The notes below the pieces were generated by a model. The model did not search any database, was not told the DNA's origin, and worked only from the letters and a program-made list of their open reading frames with translations. A program made the position numbers and the translations under genes. 64,000 bases of DNA from Camelus dromedarius (lineage: Eukaryota), in the NCBI RefSeq assembly GCF_036321535.1, contig NC_087446.1:8370001-8434000 (forward strand), written 5' to 3'. Shown piece by piece: positions 26,792-37,943 of this stretch. Positions within the stretch are counted from its first letter, which is position 1. Each line of letters starts with the position of its first letter.

Positions 26792-28784
26792 GGCAGTTCT
26801 GCCCAACCTTTCCTCACCTCCACCCCCTAAATCCTCTGTGACGTGCTGTGGCCTATACCGTGGCTCTGCCCTTGCCACTTTCCCAAACATCTCATCGGGT
26901 TTTTCCCCTCAGATTTTGACAGTGCAATAGGACAGACGTGCGGACTGTTTGTTGTAAGAACCAGCCAGCGATCCTCGTTCCTGGGAAAGGAAAGTAGGAG
27001 CTCTGCGTGCTTAGGGCGAGCTATGGAAGACCCTTGCCATATTTAAGGGAGGAGAAAGAAAGGTGGGTCCTAGCTTATTTTCCCCATTTCTGTGAGGACG
27101 TGACAGAGGCTCTGCTGGAGTTAACTGCTGCTCTGACTCATCTGGAGATGCTGTCTCCACTTCCCCTTTCCTGGCAGCCAGTGGGTCTGAAGACACAGTA
27201 CATGCAAAGCCTGTGTGGCTGGCCTGAAGGACCCAGAGCAAAAAGGCCTCTCAGGAAATCATCTCTAGAACCATAGCAGAAGTACAGCATGCTGTCTCCA
27301 ACCCTTCCTGCCACCCTCACCCCATTTCTAAGGGTGGTTTATGGCCATCCTTGGAATTTTATAATGAAACGTTCTCTAATATTCCACTCTAGGTGGTTAA
27401 ATCCTGCAGTTTTGTAGTGTGACAGGAGGTATCTAAGAGGATGTGGCCAAAGCCAGGCTGGGGCAGGCACGGGCAGCCTGACTGCCTCACTGGCTCACTC
27501 CAGCATTGTCCCTGCCACTGCACCGCACTGGTTTAGGAGGCTCTGGGCGACAAGATAGGCAAAAGGGCAATATTCCCAGTTGACCCACTCTGGCAAAATC
27601 AGGGAAAAAATGACTGCCTTCGACATCAAATTCCACTAGTTTGAGACAGCTGAGCAAGGAAAGTATCGTGAAGATAAGTCTTCAGAGATTGGGAGCAGCT
27701 AGAGTTGGCAGGAGTCCTAGGCGTGGAGTCACTGTAGTGACAAGAAGCAGAGCCCTCAAGTTGGGTGGATGTGTGCGTATGTTTAGGACTTGGGTTTGTC
27801 ATCTCTGTAGTTTCCTTTACAGATCAACTGAGAATTGACCTGCCCCCTACCTCTTTAAATAGTTGTAGGCCACTTTTCTCCCCATAACTTTGGAAAACAA
27901 AAGAGGAGGGGAAGTAAGTGTCATACCACACTGCCTGTCACCAAAGTGGTTGTGGTTGCCTCAAGCCAGGTGGGCGGGCAGGGATGGCCTGTCCAACCTT
28001 GCAGATCAATGGTCTTGGCAGGTCTGAAAGCTGCCCCACTGGCCAGACTTCTCTCCAGCAGCAGAGCTAGCCTGGGGCTTGCATGTCAAACCTGAGCAAG
28101 CTTAACGGGATGAGGCTGAGGCTCTCTCCCCACTGTGACTGGAGTGCATGTTTACACCAGCACTTTTCTGCACATGTATCTTCAATCCAACAAGGCCATT
28201 TTTATGCTGAGTAACAGGCCACCAAGCGGCTACTGCATTACACCCTCTCAGCAACTGGTNNNNNNNNNNNNNNNNNNNNNNNNNNNNNNNNNNNNNNNNN
28301 NNNNNNNNNNNNNNNNNNNNNNNNNNNNNNNNNNNNNNNNNNNNNNNNNNNNNNNNNNNNNNNNNNNNNNNNNNNNNNNNNNNNNNNNNNNNNNNNNNNN
28401 NNNNNNNNNNNNGTCAGTGATGTAAGCCATTTCTTGGGAGGAGGAGGAAACTCCTCTCCACCAATCTGCTTGGGCCTGTGCAAATGGCNNNNNNNNNNNN
28501 NNNNNNNNNNNNNNNNNNNNNNNNNNNNNNNNNNNNNNNNNNNNNNNNNNNNNNNNNNNNNNNNNNNNNNNNNNNNNNNNNNNNNNNNNNNNNNNNNNNN
28601 NNNNNNNNNNNNNNNNNNNNNNNNNNNNNNNNNNNNNNNNNNNNNNNNNNNNNNAGGGTGGGCCTGACCCTAATGCCCAGTAAGGGGCAACCCTAGGCTT
28701 TTTGTTTTTCTTGCTTTTATTCCCCTTTTTTCGTTGGCCTTGTGCTGGGTTTGTTTACAAAAGATGTATTTTGTTTAACCAAAT

Positions 28785-28790
28785 ATTAAA
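28785..28790 (+). terminator. Probable JOSD1 polyadenylation signal (ATTAAA), ending a 3' UTR of about 2 kb
   Basis: ATTAAA after a U-rich stretch; the cleavage site is not established from sequence. Confidence 0.55.
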
Positions 28791-29427
28791 AATGTAAAAT
28801 TCTGTACATGAATTTCATGTCTCAATTCTGTAATAATGCACAATTCTTTAAAAGTTGAATTTTACTATGATGCTGCTTTAGAAGGAATTCACTACCATCA
28901 GAAGTCATCTTTTAGAGACATACTGTGCCCTGACCAAACCTCTCACTTCAGAAGTCCAGACAAAACACTCACCAAGGATTTGGTTCAAAAAAGCCCGAGG
29001 CACTTTTCAATGTATAAAAACTAGGATCCATACTATAAAGTACTCTATCCCTAATTTAAGTACAGGTTTTCTTTACTGACCAGTGACCAGTGTTTTTCCC
29101 TGGTTAACAAGTGGAAGATCGTGTTATCTCAGTGAAGGGCCTGGGTAGCCTCAGCACCAAGTACATAGCAGGATCCTGAGTTAGACTACGTTTGAATTCA
29201 GATCAGGCATTTTCTGTGTGGCCTGGCACAGATCACAACCTTCGTTTCCTCCTCCGTAAAATTAGACTACCACCTTCTAAATTGTGTAGTTCCAGTAACC
29301 CACATAAAAGGCTTAGTACTGTTACTAACACCAGGCTAATAAAAATGTATGTTAAATGGAAAAACTACAAGTTCAAAGACAAGTAGGGCTGCAGTTGGAT
29401 TCACTATCAATAGCTCATTTCAGCAAC

Positions 29428-29619
29428 TAGTTAACCCTCAAACGGCTCAGGTTTGAACTAAGTTGGGTCCAGTTACATGTGCATTAAAAAAAAAAAAATA
29501 CCAGTGCTACACAAACTGCAGTTGGTTGGAATCACAGAGAGAGAGCCAACTATAAAGTTGTAGACTTGACTGCGCGGAGGGTTAGCCCCCCCCAACCCCT
29601 GTGTTTAATGGTCAACTGT
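29428..29619. mobile_element. Tigger2-family MITE (MER8-like)
   Basis: Degenerate terminal inverted repeats tagttaaccctcaaac...gtttaatggtcaactg followed by TA. Confidence 0.65.
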
Positions 29620-30674
29620 ATTTTTAAAAGAACAAACCCTAGGTGTTCTATTTGTAACTTTCCCACCCCCAAACTAGAACTCAATAGTATGTCATTCCTT
29701 ACAAAGCCTTTGTAACTGTACAGTGTCATTAGATTGTGTACGTACACAGACCCAAGCCTTTGTTGGTGGAGCTGAAAGTGACTGACTGCCTGAATTCAGG
29801 GCAAAGGTGACTATTAGGTTCTTGGCCCAAAATGAATTTTTTTTTACCTTTGTAAATTTAACTTGGGCCTATGGGGGTCAATCAGTGTTAAATGGTGGTG
29901 CTGGCTCCGATGAAAGGAAATGTGAGGGGCAGTTTTCTTTGCCCTTCTAAAATGGTCTAAGTAATTTTGAGGTATGTATTAAGCACATGGANNNNNNNNN
30001 NNNNNNNNNNNNNNNNNNNNNNNNNNNNNNNNNNNNNNNNNNNNNNNNNNNNNNNNNNNNNNNNNNNNNNNNNNNNNNNNNNNNNNNNNNNNNNNNNNNN
30101 NNNNNNNNNNNNNNNNNNNNNNNNNNNNNNNNNNNNNNNNNNNNNNNNNNNNNNNNNNNNNNNNNNNNNNNNNNNNNNNNNTTCCTCCTGTTCCAACATA
30201 TGTGGAAATTCACAGTGGCTGCTTCACAGTGCAGCTGTAATGCATTTTGTATTTTATAGTGTGCATGTCCCTCCCCAGCATCTCTATTCTTAAAAGAAAA
30301 AACCATCGTGAACAGTCAGGGGTACATCCTTCCCAATGGCATCAGCTTCTACCCCACAATGGAATAGTGAGGAGGTTTTCTAATCAGGAGTAATTTAGTG
30401 AAACGGGATGGTCAGAGGTGGAGTAACCATCTGCATTGCTGCACTCTGGTATCAGAGTGAGGACAGAAGAAATAAGTCAGGACAGCGTGGCGGGCACAGT
30501 TGCAAGTTGGGAGTCTCTCCATGAGAATGTGGGGAGAGTTCTCCCCACCAGGTTTAGATAGATCAGTGTGCCAAAGTTAAAAAAAAAAAAAAATTATCCA
30601 ATAATCAGCAGTTCAAACACTACTGAATTTTCAAACTTCTTCCACCAAGACAGGTCAACTATAGCAGTAACAAC

Positions 30675-30749
30675 CTAGATCTTTCCGGGAAGTGAAGGCA
30701 GAGCCCCTGGCATTCCTCCTGACAGCCCTGTGTTAGGCCCTAGAAGTAT
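30675..30749 (-). CDS. TOMM22: TOMM22 exon 4 coding part
   Basis: ttcttttccag acceptor; TAG stop at 30677-30675. Confidence 0.96.
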   Translation of the reverse strand: MLLGPNTGLSGGMPGALPSLPGKI

Positions 30750-32075
30750 CTGGAAAAGAAAAAGAAGAATGTAAGGCACTGTACAGACCTAGGAATCTCA
30801 TTTTCATCACACTTGTTGGGGCAGACAAGGTCTACAAAAACAATGCTGAGGGCAGTTAGATACCTAAAAAAGCATGGGCCGGATCCCAGTCCCTACCCAC
30901 ACGTTGACCGCCCTACCCAGGTGCTGGAAGAATAAACAACCTGTGTCTCCACTACTGGCAAAAAGCCCAGGGTCTGGGCTCACCTGCCGTTGCTGCAGTT
31001 GCTGCTGCTGCTCCATCTGCAACTTCTCAGTCTCAAAGACGACAGGAAGAACCAGGATCATGAAGGAAGTGGTTCCAATCCACAAGGCTGCCCTGGAAAA
31101 CCTGCAGAGGGAGCATGAGCATGACGGCGAGACAAGTGCAGACAGCTTCACCAAGAACAAACCAGTAACCAAACCTCTCACACCGTATACTCCAACGTTT
31201 TTGTTAAGCATATTCTACCTAACCCTTGCACCATACACCTTACTCCTACCAGAAAACGGGAGGAGCAGTTCTGGTGCCTGTACATCTAGTGAGAGCAGTT
31301 TGAACAATTTGAGTTCTCACAATGCTTCTTATACAGTAATTATCTCACATAATCTGAAATATCCTCACAACGACCCCTGTCCGCTAAGAATCCCCATGCT
31401 ACAGTGAAGGAAACTGAGACCAAGAAAGGTTAAGGTAACACCAGTCCAAGGTCACTCAGTGATCTAGGTGGCAGGCTGGCCTCCAACCCAGATCTGCTGC
31501 TTCCAAAGCTCGTGTTCATTTAAGGCACCTCAGTCACACCAGGAACGCACCCAATGTCTTTGCCCTCGTCCCTTACCTGTACATTTTTTGAGCCACGAAG
31601 AGGGAGAGATCAAAAGTAGCTCCAGCCGCGGACCGGACGCTCTCCGGGAACATCTCTGTCAAACCCCACAGTCTCTCCGACAGGGTCTCATCTAGCTGTG
31701 GTAGAGGAGGCGCGGGTCTGGGCCGAAGCAGCGGCAACGACCCCTCGACGCCGGGACATGCCGGTCCTCTGGAGCTAGGGTCCCCTGGAGCTAGGGCACC
31801 CCGGCCCCAGCGAGGCCCTCACGCCGCCTGCTGGAGATGCCTCCGCCCGGACCTTTCCGAGCTCCGCGACGCGCCTTCGCCCGGATCCCTCAGCACGCGG
31901 GGCCCACATTCCCGCTCCCCGCCCGCAACCTCACTCCCCGCTCCGCGGGGGCCAGTACCTCCTCGTCGTCTTCCTCTTCCAGCTCCTCTTCAGGCTTCTC
32001 GGCATCGCCTTTCGGAAGCAATTCGTCCGGGGACAGGGGCACCCCAGGGCCGGCGGCTGGGGCGGCGGCAGCCAT
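30675..32075 (-). CDS. TOMM22: Mitochondrial import receptor subunit TOM22, 142 aa: join 31959-32075, 31577-31695, 30984-31101, 30675-30749
   Basis: MAAAAPAAGPGVPLSPDELLPKGDAEKPEEELEEEDDEE / LDETLSERLWGLTEMFPESVRSAAGATFDLSLFVAQKMYR / FSRAALWIGTTSFMILVLPVVFETEKLQMEQQQQLQQRQ / ILLGPNTGLSGGMPGALPSLPGKI*; 117+119+118+75=429 nt, all GT-AG. Confidence 0.97.
30984..31101 (-). CDS. TOMM22: TOMM22 exon 3 (transmembrane segment)
   Basis: 118 nt; cag acceptor and gtgag donor. Confidence 0.96.
31577..31695 (-). CDS. TOMM22: TOMM22 exon 2
   Basis: 119 nt; cag acceptor and gtaagg donor. Confidence 0.96.
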
Positions 32076-32245
32076 GGCTGAGGGGAACACCGGAAGCGGA
32101 AGAGAAGAGGCGAGTGCAGCGCAAGCGGCGGACAGAGCTGCCCTTCCGGGAGCCGGAGGCTGAAGGGCTCGGGGAGAGCGCCGCCCTCTGGCCGCCTTCA
32201 GCCGAGGGCGTCTGGGGCTTTGGAGAACGTGAGACACCTGGAAAA
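31700..32245 (-). promoter_or_regulatory. TOMM22 CpG island and promoter
   Basis: CpG-dense; ETS/GABP-type CCGGAAG at 32090-32096 and CTTCCGG at 32143-32149. Confidence 0.75.
31959..32075 (-). CDS. TOMM22: TOMM22 exon 1 coding part (acidic cytosolic domain)
   Basis: ATG in GCCATGG context at 32075; GAG|gtactg donor. Confidence 0.96.
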
Positions 32246-32247
32246 TA

Positions 32248-32905
32248 TGTTAAAGCACTGTGTAGGGGTGCTTCCTGGTAATTCTGTTCAGCAGAGGATG
32301 GCTGTGTCCCAGGTCTCAGTTGAGTCCCTGGGACATGCCCCGCCAAGTGTGGGTCCTTGGCTTCGCGCAGAAAAGAATTCAAGAGTGAGCCACAGTGGAG
32401 AAAAGGTAGATTTATTTAGAGAGATACATACTCCATAGACAGAGTACAGATTGTTTTAGAAGGCAAGAGAAAGACCACGAAGTGTTGGGGTTGGGTGCTC
32501 AATAGATACACACTCCATAGACAGAACGGAGACTATCTCAGAAGACGAGGGACCGAGAGGCCACAAGGCGCGTTTTTAATGGTCTCCAGAACTTCATATG
32601 CTAACACGTGGAAGGATTATTCCAACTACTTTGGGGGAGAGGCTGGGATTCCCAGGAATTGGGACATCACCCACTCTTTGACCTTTTATGGTTAGCTTTG
32701 GAACTGTCATGGCCCCTGTGGGACTGTCATTTACCATGCTAATTTATTGCAATGAGCATATGATGAAGCTCAAGTTCTACTGGAAGTCAAATTTCCTGCC
32801 ATCTTGGACCTCAAGGCTCCTTGGGAGTTGAATTTGCCACCACCTTGGTGTTAATTGCTGTTATTTCTTGAATGGCTGTGCCCTGCCCTCTTCCTTCCTG
32901 TCTCA
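32248..32905 (-). mobile_element. ERV1-type solo LTR directly upstream of TOMM22
   Basis: Minus strand reads TGAGACAGG...GCTTTAACA; TATA-like cattaaaaac near 32575; AATAAA at 32416-32411; flanks aata and tata (3 of 4 match as a TSD). Confidence 0.7.
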
Positions 32906-33139
32906 TATAAAATGGATGAAAATGCTTCTTTTTATAACATGCCCCACAAGTTCTTAGTACAAAAGTAATCTGATATACTTATTTAGCCAACTGTGGAAAT
33001 GAAGACTCTTGGGATTAGACAGTCTCAATTGTCCTGTGCTTACATATTTGGGGGAGAAGCAGCTGGAGTTAGCACTTCCTCCTGATAAGAGTCCTCAGTC
33101 CTTTTCATCTTTGGACAGGGCAGCTCTGAACTATAAAAA

Positions 33140-33390
33140 GTCTTCATGTCACAAAAATGTGCCTACTGTATGATTCCATTGTATAAAGTTACAAACAGGC
33201 GAAGCCAATCTATGGTGAGAAAGACAGTGATTTCCTTTGAGGAGGAGGAGGTAATATTTGGGAAGGCAAGAGTTTCTGGGATGCTGCTCAAATTCTATTT
33301 CTTGATGTGGTTGGTGTTTCCATGGGTATGCCCATTTTGGATAATTCATCAGGCTGTATGTACATTTATGAATTATGCTTTTTACATGTC
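33140..33390 (+). mobile_element. Old L1 (L1M-type) 3' fragment
   Basis: tactgtatgattccatt...aaacaggcgaagccaatctatggtg...attctatttcttgat, typical of L1M 3' UTRs. Confidence 0.6.
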
Positions 33391-33465
33391 TTTCTTTCTT
33401 TTTCTTCTTTCTTTCTCTCCCCCCCCCCCTTCATTTCCTTTCTTTCTTTCTAATTTAAGTAGGCT

Positions 33466-34034
33466 TGAAACTGGGCAGGATCCTGTGGGGCCCTCCCGGA
33501 TACAAGTTCTTTCAGTGTCCTCTGTTTCTCGTTTGTAGGAAGTAGGTTTTTCAACCTCCTAGACCTTCCCCCAAGTTCCAAGGGGCAGATTCAAAGAGTT
33601 CCTAGTCAGGGAAAGGAGGGAATGCAGAAACAAAGGAGGAACAGTGAAGAACCAGTAGAGCAGCAATTAAAGCAGAATCCTGATTCCTCCCCAGGACATA
33701 TACATAACAATACCTTTGAGTTTTGCAGGAACTAAGGTTCCTACTCAGGCTGGGCACAGGGTTCCTGGAACACTACCTTGTTACCTCACCACCAACCAAT
33801 CAGAAGGAAGTCTGCACCCAGTAGATGGTAAGGCAGACTCTGGCTCCCTCCCCAAATGATTCTCCCTTTAAAAACTTTCATGGTCGAGCAGAATCTTCAG
33901 AGTTGGTTTTTGGACACTAATCTGCTTTCTCCCCAGGTTGCTGGCCTCCTGAGTAAAGCAATCTTTCCTTTTCAACCAACACTTGTCTCTCAAGTACTGG
34001 CTTTGGAGAGCAGCTGAATCTGAGTTCAGTAACA
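33466..34034 (+). mobile_element. ERV1-type solo LTR (569 bp) with a perfect 4-bp TSD, GGCT
   Basis: ggct|TGAAACTG...CAGTAACA|ggct; CCAAT at 33796, TTTAAAAA at 33867, AGTAAA at 33952, in LTR order. Confidence 0.85.
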
Positions 34035-34756
34035 GGCTAGCTCTACATACATGCAAGGGCAGCTTAAGAACCCAGTGCCAATGACTTTTGATTCTTTTAT
34101 AGGCTCTTTTAAGAAATGCTGGAAGACCATCACTCTTGAAAGCAGAGAAGACACTCTCATGTGGAAAGTACAGACAGCATTGACTCTGATGAAATAAAAT
34201 TCATATTTTATGGAAAGACAAGAAAAATTTAAACATAAAATAAGCATAAATTTGTTCTTTGCCCATTAGCATGTATTATGCATCTGCATTAACCAGACCT
34301 CCTTAGGAGATAACCTTCCTTCTTAATCTTGTAAAAGGCCACAGTGACCCATGACCCACTATTTGCTTTGCACAAATAGATCTGGATTGTGTAAACTGTC
34401 AGCAATACATCATTCAACATACAGCCCGCAGCTTCAAAAAATAACTGCTTTGACCTCTAACACATGGAACATTTCTGAGAGTCTTTTCCCAGATTATAAT
34501 ACTCAACATGGCTCAAATAAAATTTTCCATTTCTTTCTTAGATGGACTAAGATCAATTAATCTCCCCCCCCCCCCATCGGTAACTCCAAGTGGAAAGTCA
34601 CAATGCAAATGTGAAAAAGTCCTAGGAAACTTTTGACCAATTAATTTTGTTTATATTCACAAAAACAGTACATGACTTTTAAAAAAATCTATGTTTAAGG
34701 CTAAAAGAGCTCTTTCAATAATTATAAAATTGTCAAGGGATAAGAAGAAATATTGG

Positions 34757-34868
34757 CGGGGGGGTGACAGTTCAGTGGTAGAGCAGGTGCTTAGCATGCA
34801 CGAGGTCCTGGGTTCAAAACCCAGTACCTCCATTAAAAAAAAATAATAATTTTAAAAAATAAAAGAAA
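34757..34868 (+). mobile_element. tRNA-Ala(AGC)-derived SINE with A-rich tail (camelid vic-1-like)
   Basis: gggggtgacagttcagtggtagagcaggtgcttagcatgcacgaggtcctgggttcaaaacccagtacctcca, then an A tail; TSD-like aaatattgg and aaatactgg. Confidence 0.8.
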
Positions 34869-36556
34869 AAATACTGGGAATCAGGCATTGCAGAGTGTGC
34901 AAAGACTTAGGAATAGATGAAGTGATTTAGAAAAGGTAAAGTGAGAAGGGAAGACAGAATAGAGCCCTGTGGAATCAGACAGGTCGGGGGGTACTTAGTC
35001 AAATTCATAGAAAGTAGAGTCAGTTTTTAACAGGTATATAGCTTCNNNNNNNNNNNNNNNNNNNNNNNNNNNNNNNNNNNNNNNNNNNNNNNNNNNNNNN
35101 NNNNNNNNNNNNNNNNNNNNNNNNNNNNNNNNNNNNNNNNNNNNNNNNNNNNNNNNNNNNNNNNNNNNNNNNNNNNNNNNNNNNNNNNNNNNNNNTTAAA
35201 AACAAAAAAATCAGAACTATTCCCCCAAAAATCTCCTAAAAATGGTCAGTGGAGGGAAGAACACCTTCTTACCCCACCCCAAGAGGTTCAAGGAGGAGCT
35301 GGTGGAGGAGGGAAACCTTCACTGAGAAATGCTCAGTAGCAGCAATGAAGACATATGGTAAGAATGATGTCAGCCCAGGGCCTCAGTTGAGGGACAAGTA
35401 AGGATGCCATCAAGTGAGTGATGATGTCCCATGCTGGGTACAGAGGTGACTCTGCCATCTGGATGGAGATGAGGTGTTCTAGAACCCTGCCCCCACCTCC
35501 TCTCATTCCCTGTCCCTCAAGTGCACGATCCTCACCTTTCCTGTTTCTGTCCTGGTAATGCAGCAGTTCCTAATTCAGTTCGTTGTGGAGCGTGGGTCCC
35601 TTCGAGATTTTACAAAAGCTATAAGTAAATAAACCACACACATTAACTCATATCTGTACAATTGTGCACATGGACCCCCTCACTAGGCCTCAGACTGTAA
35701 AACTTCCTCTAATTGTTGGCACTCCCTTCCTCACACCCACAGAATTTTCTATCTCAGCTCTCCAGTAAGTTCTTCCTTAATGTGACACTCAGCACAAAAA
35801 CAGATAAAACTGTTGCAGTGATTACAAAAGATACATCTAGTAGATGCCACTATCTACATGGGTGCCCCCATAAGCAGTAGACTTCATAAAGGTTTTGAGG
35901 AGGAGGAAGGTGAACCAGAACCTAAAGGACATATCTGCCCAAAAGGTAAGATCTCGAAAGCATATAGCATTTCAGGTGTGTGTGGGGGGACCAACAAGGC
36001 TTAGGGTCGTGAGATATGGGTGACTCTTTTTCCCTGTTCCTTTAGAGACTTCATTAATAGGATTATCCCTGACTTCGCTCACACGCCACATTCATCAGCA
36101 GACACTGGTGGGCTCCACCTTCAAGTCATGTCTAGAATCTGACCACCTCACCTCCTCTACTGCCACCTCCCTGGTCCCCGCCTTGCCCCCTTCAGACTGT
36201 TCTCACCACACTGAAGCCAGAGGGATCTTTTTCTTTTTTTTAAAGTCAGTCATAGCATTCCTTTGCTGAAACTCTCCAATGGCTTGCTTCCCTAACTGTC
36301 CAAAATTCAAGTCCTTTTTCACTGCAGAGCTGCCCCACACAAGGCTCCAGCCCCCTCACATGCCAGTGGTGGTGCAGAGGGGACCCACATCACTGCGACA
36401 ACCAAAAGGACAACCTCCTGCTTCCACAGGTTTCAATCCTGGCTCGCTCTCCCTCCAGCTGTATGACCTTGCTGGGTTTGTTTCTCCATCTAAAAGCAGG
36501 GGATGGTAACAAACTTGAAAAATTCTCATGAGAATTAGAAATATAGCCCTTCTTGG

Positions 36557-37045
36557 NNNNNNNNNNNNNNNNNNNNNNNNNNNNNNNNNNNNNNNNNNNN
36601 NNNNNNNNNNNNNNNNNNNNNNNNNNNNNNNNNNNNNNNNNNNNNNNNNNNNNNNNNNNNNNNNNNNNNNNNNNNNNNNNNNNNNNNNNNNNNNNNNNNN
36701 NNNNNNNNNNNNNNNNNNTATTTTACAACAAAGTGTTGAGTACCTCATGTAATTTATCAAGTACTGTACTGAAAATGAAAAACAGAGTGCTTGTCCAGGT
36801 CTAGAATGGTCTTAAGTGTGTGGGTTGTTTATCCGTGTGATCGAGTTGACTGCCGATGAGTACAGCTCGCTGCTGCTGCCTCGCAGCGTGAGGGAGCATC
36901 ACATTGCATTCCGCTAGCCCGGAAAATGGTCAAAACTCAAAACTTGAAATACGGTTTATACACATACAATAAATGCATATCGCTTTTGCAGCATCATAAA
37001 GTCAAAAAATTCTAAGCTGAACCATCGTGAGTAGGGGACTGTCTA
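36557..37045. mobile_element. Tigger4 (Zombi)-family DNA transposon fossil; left part masked
   Basis: tattttacaacaaagtgttgagtacctcatgtaatttatcaagtactgtactgaaaatgaaaaacag...aagctgaaccatcgtgagtaggggactgtct resembles the Tigger4a/b body and terminal repeat. Confidence 0.7.
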
Positions 37046-37937
37046 TAGGTGTCTGGCATCAAGGGCAGGAGCAAATGGTTACTAATGTTACCGTCTAGGA
37101 AAAAGCAAACTCTCCATTGCTCCTGTTACCTGCATCTGAAGATTTACACCCTGCATATAGTATCTCTTTCCAGTTTCTTCCGAATTATTCTCTTCTATAT
37201 CAGAAAGGAAGGTTATGGGCTGGGGCTACAGCCACGCTTCATTCTGTCCACCACCGGGGGGCTGATGCTGAGGCTGGATGAGAAACAGCAGCTTCCACAC
37301 CCAGCGCCTCTCACCGCAGGCTGTCATCAGCAGGCTCCCACACTTCCACTGTAGGATCCTAGATCCAGTTTCCAAACCTCCTGGGGTTTGGTTCCTTATC
37401 TGTAAGTAGTCATGCTGATTGACAGGCCCTGCTCCCCAGGGCAAAGATGAGGAGGAAATGACAGTGTAAGCCCCATCCCAGGAGGGTGCCAGGTGTTCAG
37501 AAACTGCTGGCCTTAGCAGCCATCACTGGTCCAAAGCCCAGGACTCTGTGTCCCTTCCCCTTGACTCTGGAAGCCAGATTCTCTCTGACTTTGGCTGGCT
37601 CCCTCTCCCAGCCAGAGAAGCCCAGTTCACTCTAAGGCACAAATTCCCACTCTCGGAATCCAGTCCCCAATCCCAACCACTCAGTAGCCAGTCTCAACAC
37701 CCAGAAGAGGAAGGCAGGGGAATCTGGGCAGAGACACTGTTTCTCTTCCAGATCAGCCTCTGCCAACACCCAGGAAGGTGGAATGCTTCTCCTGCAATGG
37801 TGACATTTCCCCACAACCTAAAAGTTCTGTCTTTGGATGGTGCGTCGGAAGCTCAGAACCCAGGCTCCATTATTTACTTCTTCAAGAACTGATGTTTTTT
37901 TCAGTCATGTTGGCCAGAGAGAGATTATATAATATCA

Positions 37938-37943
37938 TTTAAT
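37938..37943 (-). terminator. Probable CBY1 polyadenylation signal (ATTAAA)
   Basis: tttaat on the plus strand, about 590 nt downstream of the stop in an AT-rich patch. Confidence 0.5.

Noticed and set aside
30874-31407. 177-aa ORF antisense to TOMM22 exon 3
   Set aside because: Shadow of the real coding exon (the CAG-rich Gln codons read as Cys on the other strand).
34757-34832. Possible functional tRNA-Ala(AGC) gene
   Set aside because: Mismatched acceptor and D stems, an A-rich tail, a TSD and a second truncated copy indicate a SINE.
35038-35210. Masked 150-nt block starting after ATAGCTTC (similar to the U2 snRNA 5' end ATCGCTTC) and followed by an A-rich tract; possibly an snRNA retrocopy
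   Set aside because: Only 8 visible bases with a mismatch, no TSD, and the body is masked; it cannot be supported without the unmasked sequence.
37066-37125. Inverted repeat CAGGAGCAAATGG / CCATTGCTCCTG, a possible pre-miRNA hairpin
   Set aside because: The stem is only about 12 bp with a 35-nt poorly paired loop, which does not fit pre-miRNA geometry.
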